In this document: piece after piece, positions 39,325 to 48,211 of the stretch
How positions within the stretch are numbered: the stretch's first letter is position 1
How the letters are laid out: every line of letters starts with the position of its first letter
Source: Candidatus Eiseniibacteriota bacterium
GTDB lineage: Bacteria; Eisenbacteria; RBG-16-71-46; CAVPCR01
NCBI GenBank assembly: GCA_963702435.1
Contig: CAVPCR010000003.1
Coordinates: 128,001-192,000, forward strand
Direction: 5' to 3'
DNA length: 64,000 nucleotides
Translations under genes and position numbers: made by a program
Notes under the pieces: generated by a model
Seen by the model: only the letters and a program-made list of their open reading frames with translations
Database searches by the model: none
Told to the model about the DNA's origin: nothing

Positions 39325-40287
39325 ATGAGTCCGCGAGCCTCTGCACCCCCCTCGCCCTTGCCGACGCAAGTGGTAACGGCCTGCCCCGCCTGCGCTACGG
39401 CGGATCTGGCGCCGGCTGCCTTCGGCTATCGATTCGTAGACTTGGACTTCCCGGCCGTCCGGTGCACGGGATGTGGACTCACCTTCCTTGCTCGCCAGCC
39501 GACCGCCGCCGGTCTGGCGCAGGTCTACGCTGCGGAGTACTTCGAGTCGGATTACCACTGCGGGCACGAGGACAGCCCCTACTTTGCCTGCGAGAGCGAG
39601 CAGGTGGCTGCGGCCGGCGTGCTCCTCGCCTGGATCGAGCGCCAGATCCCCCGGGGGCGCATCCTCGAGGTCGGATGCGCCGGCGGGTTCTTCCTCAAGG
39701 CCGCGGCAGAGCGAGGCTGGTCTCCGGTCGGCGTCGAGATCGCAGCGAGCGCCGCCCAGTTCGCCCGCGAGCGTCTGGGACTCGACGTTCGCACCGGCAC
39801 GCTCGACAGCGTCGAACTGCCCGCGGCGGCTTTCGATGCAGTGTATCTCGGTGACGTGCTCGAGCACCTGCCCGCTCCCCTCGCGGCGCTCCGGGAGGTG
39901 AACCGGGTGCTGCGCCCGGGCGGTGTGGTCATGATCGCGGGGCCGGTGACGATCAACTCGCTCGACCGGCGGCTGGGGCTGCTCGCGTATCGCGCTCTCG
40001 GACGCACGAAGACACTGCGCCAGCCGCCCTATCATCTGAGCGAGTTCACGCCGCGGACTCTCGCCGGGACGGTACTGCGCGCAGGACTCGATGTGCTCTG
40101 GATCCGCGAGCAGAAGATCCCGCCCGCATGGCGCAATCCTCGCCGCCGCTCCCCGCTCGAGCACGGGCTCAAGCTCTTGGTCGACGGTCCGAACTGGCTC
40201 ATCACGCACCTCACGGGCCGCCTCGGCGATCGCGCCATCCTGCTTGCGGCCAAGCCCGCGCCCGCGGAGCACACGAGCCGCCTCTGA
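39325..40287 (+). CDS. Class I SAM-dependent methyltransferase with N-terminal zinc ribbon
   Basis: CPAC...CTGC, ILEVGCAGG, DVLEHL..P, LRPGG, PYHL. Confidence 0.88.
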   Translation: MSPRASAPPSPLPTQVVTACPACATADLAPAAFGYRFVDLDFPAVRCTGCGLTFLARQPTAAGLAQVYAAEYFESDYHCGHEDSPYFACESEQVAAAGVLLAWIERQIPRGRILEVGCAGGFFLKAAAERGWSPVGVEIAASAAQFARERLGLDVRTGTLDSVELPAAAFDAVYLGDVLEHLPAPLAALREVNRVLRPGGVVMIAGPVTINSLDRRLGLLAYRALGRTKTLRQPPYHLSEFTPRTLAGTVLRAGLDVLWIREQKIPPAWRNPRRRSPLEHGLKLLVDGPNWLITHLTGRLGDRAILLAAKPAPAEHTSRL

Positions 40288-40534
40288 TCCCCGCCGCCGG
40301 GGCAGCAGGGCCTCGGCGGCGGCCATCGCCCGTGCAACTGGCGGCTCGCGCTGCCCGGGTGTCTTGCCGCGCGTCGCGGCGCGGCGTATGCTGGATGGGT
40401 CCCTGGGGGCTGGCATGCCAACCTGCACTCCTCGCCGTCGATCGCTCTTCTTCCTTCGCGCCCGCCAGGGGCGACTGCCGGTGCTTTCCCGCCCGGCAGC
40501 GGATTTCCCTCCCTTTGCCGTCAGGAGGTCCGCC

Positions 40535-41596
40535 ATGCGCCTCGGGTCTGCTCTCGTGCCTTTTCTTCTCGTGGCTGTCGTTGCGGGCACTGCCCACGCC
40601 ACCACCCGTCACGTGCCAGCGGAGTACCCGTCCATCCAGTCCGCTCTCGACGCTTCGACCGTCGGCGACCTCGTGCTGGTGGCCCCGGGCACCTACTTCG
40701 AGAACCTCTTCATGGGCTCCCAGCACAACGGGGTCGCTCTCGTCAGCGAAGGGGGAGCTGCGGTCACGACCATCGACGGCGGCCATCTGAACCGCGTGCT
40801 GCGGGCGACCTCCGTCGGCCCGCAGACCAGGATCGAGGGCTTCACCCTGGCGAACGGGCGGGCGGAGCCGTTCACGCCCAACAACATCGGCGGCGGCATC
40901 CGCCTCGATCACGCCGATCTCGCCATCGTCCGCAACGTGATCCGCGACAACTTCGCGGAGGGCGCCGGCGGGCTCTACGTGAACTACAGCTCGCCGACGC
41001 TTGTCGACAACGTGATCCGGGACAACGAGGCGCTCGGGTCGGGAGGCGCCATCTACTGCGATCACTACGGCAGCGCGCTCATTGAGCGGAACGTCATTCA
41101 CGGCAACCGGTGCGGGCACTACGGCGGCGGCATCACGATCTGGCAAGGGGCCACGCCGCTCGTGCGCAGCAACACGATCGTCGCCAATGTCGCCACCCTG
41201 GGCGGGGGCGGCATCTACGTGACGACGAACTCGCGCCCCGAGATCGCGCGCAACATCGTGGCATTGCATGCCGCCGGCAACGGGATCATGCGTGGCGATC
41301 AGGAGTCCACGCTCGTTCTCTCCTGCAACGATCTGTGGGAGAATGCCCCGGCCAACTACGCGGGGTGGCTCGATCCAACCGGCACGGACGGGAATATCGC
41401 CCTCGATCCCCTCTTCTGCGATTCTGGGAGCTTCGACTTCCGGATCGCGGACGTCTCGCCCTGCGCGCCCGACCACAGCCCGGAGGGCTGCGCGCTGATC
41501 GGCGCCCTCGATGTCGGGTGCGGCCCGACCGCCATCGAGGCGGCGAGCTGGGGACTCATCAAGACCCGCTACCTGCTGCCGGGCTCCGGGAAATAG
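40535..41596 (+). CDS. Secreted right-handed parallel beta-helix (pectin-lyase-like) protein
   Basis: RBS AGGAGG, signal peptide, VP.EYPSIQ.A, VAPGTY.EN, repeated N.I..N....GGGI, DPLF; C-terminal SWGLIKTRY. Confidence 0.85.
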   Translation: MRLGSALVPFLLVAVVAGTAHATTRHVPAEYPSIQSALDASTVGDLVLVAPGTYFENLFMGSQHNGVALVSEGGAAVTTIDGGHLNRVLRATSVGPQTRIEGFTLANGRAEPFTPNNIGGGIRLDHADLAIVRNVIRDNFAEGAGGLYVNYSSPTLVDNVIRDNEALGSGGAIYCDHYGSALIERNVIHGNRCGHYGGGITIWQGATPLVRSNTIVANVATLGGGGIYVTTNSRPEIARNIVALHAAGNGIMRGDQESTLVLSCNDLWENAPANYAGWLDPTGTDGNIALDPLFCDSGSFDFRIADVSPCAPDHSPEGCALIGALDVGCGPTAIEAASWGLIKTRYLLPGSGK

Positions 41597-44500
41597 GGCG
41601 CGCGCCCGCGCGTGCCGCGGGCGCCACGGGCGACGCGACGAGGGGCGTGAGCCGCTCGACCTCGAGGCTCGCGGCGCCGTGCTGCGCCGTCACGCGCCCC
41701 GTGGCCGACAAGGCGCCGCCCCCCGCGAGCTCACGCGCCGCGCGGCGGAAGACCGCCGGGAAGAGCGTGCATTCGGCGGTGCCGGTCGGATCGTCGAGCG
41801 TGAGAAAGGCCATCGTCTCGCCGTTTTTCGTCGGGGCGGAACGGTGCGCGGCGGCGAGCCCGGCAACGACCACGCGCTCGGCGTGATGCGCGGCGAGCTC
41901 TCCCGCGCCGATCCAGTGCGCTCCGGTCGCGAGCGCTCCGGTGGCGCGTGCGCGCGGCTCTCCCCCGGCGGAGACGAGCTCGAGCGCGCGTGCCGCCGCG
42001 GGCGCGAGCGCCGCCGCCAGCTCCGGCGCGGCGACGAAGAGCGGATGCGCTCGCGGCGAGAAGCCGAGGGCGGCCCACTCGCTAGCGAGCTGCCGTCCCG
42101 GCGCGAGTTCGCGAAGCGCGGGTGGCGGCGCCTCGCCGACCGCCCCGGAGAAGAGCGCGGGCCCCGGGGGCTCGGTCGCCGGCACTTGCTCGGCGCGCGC
42201 CGCCCACAGGAGGCGGCTCCGCGCCATCCCGAGCTCGTCGAGAGCGCCGGCCCGGATGAGCGCCTCCACCTCCGGCGCGGCCGGCCGCACGCGCCGCCGG
42301 AGATCGGCGAGTGACGCGAATGGTCCGTCCGCCGCGCGCGCGGCGAGGAGCGCCGCGGCCGTCGCTGCGGACAGCCCGCCGATCGCGCCGAGCCCGGTAC
42401 GGACCTGCGCGACGCCATCCGCATCCGTCTCCAGCGTGAACTCGAGTGCCGAGCGGGCGAGCGAGGGCAGGAGGACGCGCACGCCGTGGCGCCGCGCGTC
42501 CTCGACGTGGAGCCAGCGCGGGTACATGCCCTGGTGATGGTTGAGCACGGCGCAGGCGAAGGCCGCCGGCTCGTGGACCTTCAGGTACGCGCTCTGGTAG
42601 GCCAGGAGCCCGTAGCCGGAGGCATGCGCGCGCGAGAAGCTGTAGGCCGCGAAGCGCGCCATCTCTTCCCATACGCGGACCGCATCGTCGGGGTCGATGC
42701 CCGCATGCACCGCGCGCGCGACGAACCCGTTGCGGACGAGGCGCATCTCCTCCGGGTTCGCCGCGCCGGCGATCGCCCGGCGGAGCGAATCGGCCGCCGC
42801 CAGGTCGAGTCCCGCCACCGCGGCCGCGATGCTCATCACGTCCTCCTCGTAGAGCGGGATGCCGTGGGTCGCGGCGAGCACCGGCGCGAGCGCGGGATGG
42901 ACGGCGGCCGCGGGCTCGAGCCCGCGCGCGCGCCGCACGAAGCGCTCCTTCATGCCGGAGGAAGCGGGGCCCGGGCGGATGAGGGAGAGCGCATCGACGA
43001 TGTCGCGCACCGAGCGCGGGGCGAGCATCGTGAGGAGCTGGCGCATACCCGGCGACTCGATCTGGAAGCAGCCGAGCGTGTCGCCGGCGGCGAGGAGGCG
43101 CGCCGTCGGCTCATCGTGGTCCGCGGCGCGGTCGAGATCGAGAGGCGGCGCGCCGCGCGCGGCGAGGCGGGCCGCCTCGCCAAGGGTCGCGAGCGCGCGG
43201 TTCCCGAGGAGATCGATCTTGACGAGACCGATCGCGGCGATCGCATCCATCTCGAACTGGGTGACGACGATGCCCTTCGCTGCGCGCTCGAGCGGCACGA
43301 GATCGGCGAGCGGGCGGTCGCCGATCACGACCCCGCCCGGATGGATGCCGAGATGGCGCGGGAGCCCGCAGAGCTCGGCGGTGCCGGCCAGGATGTCGCG
43401 CCACGGCGGCTCGGCCCACGGTTGCTCGCGGAGTCCGGGGCGCGCGCGGACGAGCGCCGCGAGGTCCGCCGCCGCGGCCGTGTGCGGGAGGAGGCGTGCG
43501 AGCCGGTTCACCGCGGCGACCCCGATCCCGTGCGCGCGGGCCGCCTCGCGGAAGGCGGAACGCGGATGGAAGCACGCGTGCGTCGAGATCATGGCGACGC
43601 GATCCTCGCCGTAGGTGCGGTAGACGTGCGCGATCACCCGGTCGCGCCCGCGCCAGTCGAGATCCACGTCGAGATCCGGGAGATCGCCGCCGCGTGCCGC
43701 GGAGAGAAAGCGCTCGAAGTGGAGGCGATGGGCGAGCGGGTCCACGTTCGTGATGCCGAGCGCGTAGGCCACGATCGAGCTCGCGCCGGAGCCGCGGCCG
43801 ACCACGGGGCAGCCCTCGCTCCGCGCATGGGCGACGATGTCGCCCACGATGAGGAAGTAGTCGGCAAAGCCGAGGGCGGCGATCACCTCGAGCTCGCGCA
43901 TCAGGCGGGCGACCGGCGGGCGGGCGAGGGCGCCGTAGCGGTGGCGGAGGCCGGCGAGGCAGCGCTCGAGGAGCATCGGGTAGACCTCGTCCGGTGCCCC
44001 CGCCGGCCGCGGAAAGATGGGCGCCCCGCCCGGGAGCTCCGCCCGGCAATCGGCCGCGAGCTCGGCCGAGCGGGCGAGGAGATCGGCCGCCTCGGCCCCG
44101 AAGCGGCGGGCGAGCGCGTGCGGAGGGGTCGGGCAGGCCGCGGGATCGGCGAGCTCCCGATCCGGGACCGCCGGCGCCAGGCGGCCGCTCCGCGCCGCGG
44201 CGAGGAGCCGGGCCGTCGCCCGTTCCGGCGCCGCGGCGTAGAAAACGGGTGGAGCCGCGAGCGGGGCGACGCCGAGCTTGCGGCCGAGCGCCCGCCCGCG
44301 CTGGAACGCACCGCGATCCGCGGCCGTGGCGGCGATGAGCAGCCAGAGCCGATCGGGCGGGAGCACGGGCTTGAGCATCGCGAGGAGCACGGGATCGACG
44401 GCGAGGACATGCACATCCTCATGCTCGGCGGCGAGCGCCGGCACGAGCGCGAAGGCCGGATCGAGATGGCGGCGGGTGACGAGGCGAGCGAGCGTGCGAT

Positions 44501-44780
44501 AGCCCGCCGCTCCGCGGGCGAGGAGGACGGCGACCGGCGCCGCGCCGTCCGCTGCCGCAGCCGCCGGCTCGTCGAGCTCGACGCCGAGGATCGGCGCCAG
44601 CCCCGCCGCCCGCGCCGCGCCGGCGAAACGGACCGCCGCGTAGAGGTTGTTCCGATCGGTGAGAGCGAGCGTGTCGTAGCCGGCCGCGCGCACGGCGGCC
44701 GCCAGGCGCTCGGGCGACGCGGTGCCGCGGAGCAGCGAGTAGCTACTTCGTGAGTGAAGGGGTGCGCAGAACGAACCCAT
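41559..44780 (-). CDS. dnaE2: Error-prone DNA polymerase III alpha-like (DnaE2/ImuC-like)
   Basis: PHP domain LHSRSSYSLLRG, ALTDRNNLY; GRGSGASS; FERFLS; PDLDVD; PRHLGIHPGG; KIDLLGNR; FQIESP; OB fold TKNGETMAFLTLDD. Confidence 0.88.
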   Translation of the reverse strand: MGSFCAPLHSRSSYSLLRGTASPERLAAAVRAAGYDTLALTDRNNLYAAVRFAGAARAAGLAPILGVELDEPAAAAADGAAPVAVLLARGAAGYRTLARLVTRRHLDPAFALVPALAAEHEDVHVLAVDPVLLAMLKPVLPPDRLWLLIAATAADRGAFQRGRALGRKLGVAPLAAPPVFYAAAPERATARLLAAARSGRLAPAVPDRELADPAACPTPPHALARRFGAEAADLLARSAELAADCRAELPGGAPIFPRPAGAPDEVYPMLLERCLAGLRHRYGALARPPVARLMRELEVIAALGFADYFLIVGDIVAHARSEGCPVVGRGSGASSIVAYALGITNVDPLAHRLHFERFLSAARGGDLPDLDVDLDWRGRDRVIAHVYRTYGEDRVAMISTHACFHPRSAFREAARAHGIGVAAVNRLARLLPHTAAAADLAALVRARPGLREQPWAEPPWRDILAGTAELCGLPRHLGIHPGGVVIGDRPLADLVPLERAAKGIVVTQFEMDAIAAIGLVKIDLLGNRALATLGEAARLAARGAPPLDLDRAADHDEPTARLLAAGDTLGCFQIESPGMRQLLTMLAPRSVRDIVDALSLIRPGPASSGMKERFVRRARGLEPAAAVHPALAPVLAATHGIPLYEEDVMSIAAAVAGLDLAAADSLRRAIAGAANPEEMRLVRNGFVARAVHAGIDPDDAVRVWEEMARFAAYSFSRAHASGYGLLAYQSAYLKVHEPAAFACAVLNHHQGMYPRWLHVEDARRHGVRVLLPSLARSALEFTLETDADGVAQVRTGLGAIGGLSAATAAALLAARAADGPFASLADLRRRVRPAAPEVEALIRAGALDELGMARSRLLWAARAEQVPATEPPGPALFSGAVGEAPPPALRELAPGRQLASEWAALGFSPRAHPLFVAAPELAAALAPAAARALELVSAGGEPRARATGALATGAHWIGAGELAAHHAERVVVAGLAAAHRSAPTKNGETMAFLTLDDPTGTAECTLFPAVFRRAARELAGGGALSATGRVTAQHGAASLEVERLTPLVASPVAPAARAGARPISRSPAAGSGS

Positions 44781-45960
44781 GGCGATCCCGGGCGTGGCCG
44801 TCGAGGAGCGCGAGCGCGCGACCGGCGATGAGCGCTCCGTGCCCGTAGCGATCGCGGACGCGGTCGACACCGCCGGCGAGCTCGGCCTCGCGTTCGCGCG
44901 CGACGAGGAGATCGAGCTGCTCGCCGCCGTCGGCGAGAAAGCCGGCGAGCTCGACACCGACCCGGCGGAGCGCGAGCCGGCGCGGGTGCGCGCGGGCGAG
45001 GAGGGCGCGGGCCGCGGCGACCAGAACGCCGTCGAGAGCGCTCGGTGCGGCGAGCGTAGCGTGCGCCGCCACGCGCCGCTCGCCGTCCGGCTCGACGCCG
45101 ACGGCGATCGTGCGGGCGACGAGCCCGAGGCGTCGCGTCGCGCGGGCGGCCCGCTCGACCAGGTAGCCGAGCATGGCGTCGACGAGCGCCGGATCGGCGG
45201 CCGGCGTCTCGAAGCTCGTCTCGCGCGCGATCGAGCGCGGGATCTCGCGCGGCGAGACGGGCCGCGTGTCGCGGCCGGAGGCGCGTTCATGGAGGAGGCG
45301 GCCGGGCGCACCGAGGAGGCGCTCGAGCGGGCCCGCGCCCATGGCGGCGACGTCGGCGATGGTCTCGAGCCCGAGCGACTCGAGGAGCTCCGCGGTGCGC
45401 GGTCCGATCCCCGGAAGATCGGCGAGCGGGCGGCCGTGGAGAAAGGCCGCCTCCTCCCCCGGCGGGACGAGCGCGAGACCGTCGGGTTTGGCGCCGCGGC
45501 TCGCGAGACGCGCGATCATGCGGCTCGAGCCGATGCCGGCCGTGATCGCGAGACCGGTCGCGGTGCGCACGCGCGCGCGGAGGAGCCGGCCGAAGGCGAG
45601 GAGGTCGGGGTAGAGGCGCTCGGTCCCGGTGAGGTCGAGATAGGCATCGTCGAGGTAGGTGTCCACGGCCGGGGCGAGGTCGCGACACACGGCGAAGACA
45701 CGATCGGCGAAGGCGCGGTAAGTCGGTGCGTGCCCGGCCAGGATGACGGCATCCGGGCACCGGCGGCGAGCCTCGTGGAGCGGCGTGCCCGCGCGGAGGC
45801 CGCGGCGGCGCGCCTCGTACGAGCAGCTCGCGATGACGCCGGTGCCGACGATCACCGGCCGCCCGCGCAGCCGCGGATCCTTGAGCTGCTCGACGGCGGC
45901 GAAGAAGGCGTCGATGTCGGCGTGCACGATGCGGCGTGCGTCCGCTCCCCCGCGTGGCAT
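44743..45960 (-). CDS. dinB: Y-family DNA polymerase IV-like
   Basis: IVHADIDAFFAAVEQ, SCSYEAR, YLDDAYLD, KPDGL, LPGIG, SIARETSF, beta-clamp motif QLDLL. Confidence 0.9.
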   Translation of the reverse strand: MPRGGADARRIVHADIDAFFAAVEQLKDPRLRGRPVIVGTGVIASCSYEARRRGLRAGTPLHEARRRCPDAVILAGHAPTYRAFADRVFAVCRDLAPAVDTYLDDAYLDLTGTERLYPDLLAFGRLLRARVRTATGLAITAGIGSSRMIARLASRGAKPDGLALVPPGEEAAFLHGRPLADLPGIGPRTAELLESLGLETIADVAAMGAGPLERLLGAPGRLLHERASGRDTRPVSPREIPRSIARETSFETPAADPALVDAMLGYLVERAARATRRLGLVARTIAVGVEPDGERRVAAHATLAAPSALDGVLVAAARALLARAHPRRLALRRVGVELAGFLADGGEQLDLLVAREREAELAGGVDRVRDRYGHGALIAGRALALLDGHARDRHGFVLRTPSLTK

Positions 45961-46214
45961 CACGCCTCCATCATCACCGAGTCGGCGAACCAGAGCAGAT
46001 CGCCGGCCTGGAAGCGCAGCTGGTAGACGTCGCCCGAGCCCACGCTCACCGAGAAGTAATGGATCTTCTGCTGCCCCTCGCGATCCTCCCAGCGCGCATT
46101 CACCGCGACCACCCGATGACTCGTCGCGCCGCGGCGGAAGAGGAGGGGCCGGATCGTGCCGCCCTGGAAGTCGGCGCGCACCTTGACCGGCTCGTCGAGC
46201 CGCTCGATCAACAT
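45960..46214 (-). CDS. Small beta-rich protein (DUF6504/ImuB C-terminal-like), coupled to dinB
   Basis: 84 aa with P..F.....HRV..V..RW......HYF.V......YQL......W pattern; RBS AAGGGG; TGATG overlap with dinB. Confidence 0.7.
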   Translation of the reverse strand: MLIERLDEPVKVRADFQGGTIRPLLFRRGATSHRVVAVNARWEDREGQQKIHYFSVSVGSGDVYQLRFQAGDLLWFADSVMMEA

Positions 46215-46400
46215 CGAACGTCACCCCTTCGCTTCGACCCGGGCCCCCCCGCGGGCAAGCGGGGCGGCGCGGGCCGGCTTTCGTTCCCGGAGATGTCGCC
46301 GGCCGGGTGGCGCGATCGCCGGTCGCCGGCCGGATGGTGCGCGGGTGGGGCGGCCGGGGACTTGAAGGCCGGCCCACCCGTCCGGGGGGATGACCGATCC

Positions 46401-46429
46401 ATGGTACACCGCATATGTTTAGTAGTCAA
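46401..46429 (-). promoter_or_regulatory. sigma70 promoter TTGACT-N17-TACCAT for the mutagenesis cassette, with a possible operator between -35 and -10
   Basis: Minus strand TTGACTACTAAACATATGCGGTGTACCAT; imperfect palindrome TAAAC-N7-GTGTA. Confidence 0.75.
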
Positions 46430-46499
46430 GCATCGCGGAAAGACCGGGATCCAAGCATCGAGGAAAGACCGCCACATCAAGCATCGAGGAAGAAACGGG
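46427..46499. repeat. Three 25-26-bp direct repeats with core CAAGCATCG[C/A]GGAA
   Basis: Copies start at 46427, 46452 and 46478. Confidence 0.85.
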
Positions 46500-46629
46500 C
46501 GTCCCTGCCCCAATCCGAGATCAAGACCCGCTGCCCGCCGGCCGATGCATGGAGAGAGCACGCCCCCGCCCGGGGCGCACCGAGAGCGGCGCCGACCCCC
46601 GGTGCCCGCAGCCGGCAAGGAGGTCAGCG

Positions 46630-47463
46630 ATGAAGCCCGGTCAGCCCGTCGTGATCCATCCCGATGCCCAGATCGAGCCTTCTCCCATCAACGGCAAGGT
46701 GGCGCTCGTCGCGGGCGAGGAAGTGGTGGTGGATCTCGACCAGCCGCGCCGCGGCCTGTTCAGCGCCCGCCTCCCGGTCGGGCTCAGCTACCGCGACGAG
46801 ACCGGCGAGCAACACGTGACGGCCCGGGTCGTCGGCATGCAGGGCGCCGAGCGGCTCATCATCAGCGTGCCGGCGCCGGGGCAGCGCCCCGAGGATCAGC
46901 GCCGCCACGTGCGCGTCGAGCATCTCGTGCGCCTCGAGTACCAGGTGCTCGCGCCCGACGAGGTGGACGAGGTGCGCGCCCAGGTGCTCGACGGTCCGCG
47001 CATCCTCAAGTACGAGTGGCAGCCCGCACCGCCGCCGGCGGCCGCCGGGGCCGAGAACGAGCCGGTCGCACCGGAGTGGGTGGACACGCCGGAGAACGAG
47101 CGGCTCGCCCGTATCGAACGCAAGCTCGATCTCCTCCTCGATCGGCTCGGTATCGAAGCGCTCCGCACGACCGAGCGGCCCTTCGTCAACGTGAACCTGT
47201 CGGCGAGCGGCATCCGCTTCCGTGACTTCCAGCGCCGCCTCCAGGCGGGTGACATGGTCTACGTCTGCTTCGAGCTGCCGCTCAGCCCGACCGTCGAGAT
47301 CGCGGCGATCGCCGAGGCGCTCTACATCGTCGAGCCCGTGCGCCAGTCGAACCTGTCGGCGGGGCGCGACGTGGTGCTCGACTTCCGCGTCATCAAGGAC
47401 GATTCGCGGGCGCTGATCGAGCGCTACTGCCAATCGCATCTCGCCATCCGGCGGAGCGCCTGA
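46630..47463 (+). CDS. PilZ-domain c-di-GMP effector (YcgR-like architecture)
   Basis: RBS AAGGAGG; QRRHVR (RxxxR) and NLSASG (D/NxSxxG). Confidence 0.8.
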   Translation: MKPGQPVVIHPDAQIEPSPINGKVALVAGEEVVVDLDQPRRGLFSARLPVGLSYRDETGEQHVTARVVGMQGAERLIISVPAPGQRPEDQRRHVRVEHLVRLEYQVLAPDEVDEVRAQVLDGPRILKYEWQPAPPPAAAGAENEPVAPEWVDTPENERLARIERKLDLLLDRLGIEALRTTERPFVNVNLSASGIRFRDFQRRLQAGDMVYVCFELPLSPTVEIAAIAEALYIVEPVRQSNLSAGRDVVLDFRVIKDDSRALIERYCQSHLAIRRSA

Positions 47464-47493
47464 GAGCGGCGCCGACCGCGCCCCGACCCCGCG

Positions 47494-48132
47494 CTACGGA
47501 ATCCCGAGGAGCTTGTGCGTCTGCAGGCTGAGCCGCCACTCGGGATGCGCGAGGCAGTAGACGAGCGCAGCCTCCGTGTTGGCGGCGAGCTCCGGGCCGG
47601 CGATGGGTTGCAGGAAGTAGTGCGCGAAGGCGAGGCCGGAGAGGCCTGCCGGTGACAGCCCCGGCTGCGGGAACGCGAGCTTCAGTTCGTGGCCCGCGGT
47701 GACGGCCAGCGGCGCGCCGGCCTTCGGGCTCACGGTGAGCCAGTCCACCCCGGCGGGCACCGGGAGCGTGCCGTTCGTCTCGACCGCGACCTCGAAGCCC
47801 GCATCGTGGCAGGCGGCGACGAGCGCCGCGTCGAGCTGCAGGAGCGGTTCGCCCCCGGTGAACACGACGTAGCGGCGGCCGCGCGTCGACCCGGCGGGCC
47901 AGGCGGCGGCGAGGGCTGCCACGAGCTCCGCTCCGGTGAACGTGCCGCCCCCCGTGCCGTCGGTGCCGACGAAGTCGGTGTCGCAGAAGCCGCAGGCGGC
48001 GCTCTCCCGATCCGCCTCCTGCCCCGACCACAGGTTGCAGCCGGCGAAGCGACAGAATACTGCGGCCCGTCCGGCGCGGGCTCCCTCTCCCTGCAGGGTG
48101 TAGACGATCTCCTTGACGGCGTAGCGCGCCAT
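47494..48132 (-). CDS. queE: 7-carboxy-7-deazaguanine synthase, short CX14CX2C type
   Basis: KEIVYTLQGEG, CNLWSGQEADRESAACGFCDTDF, TGGEPLLQ, ETNGT, SPK, LSLQTHK. Confidence 0.95.
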   Translation of the reverse strand: MARYAVKEIVYTLQGEGARAGRAAVFCRFAGCNLWSGQEADRESAACGFCDTDFVGTDGTGGGTFTGAELVAALAAAWPAGSTRGRRYVVFTGGEPLLQLDAALVAACHDAGFEVAVETNGTLPVPAGVDWLTVSPKAGAPLAVTAGHELKLAFPQPGLSPAGLSGLAFAHYFLQPIAGPELAANTEAALVYCLAHPEWRLSLQTHKLLGIP

Positions 48133-48211
48133 GAGCTGCACCCCTGGGCGAGCGAATGCGATCCGGCGGTACGCCCGGCCGGACGACCGGCGCCGCGGGG
48201 CTTGCGTTCCG

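Noticed and set aside
46427..46499. Possible mini-CRISPR array
   Set aside because: Period is only 25-26 bp with ~11-bp variable parts, and no cas genes are in the window.
47494..48132. queE as part of a 7-deazaguanine DNA-modification (dpd) defence island
   Set aside because: No dpdA/tgt-like, queC, queD or folE neighbours; the context is housekeeping.
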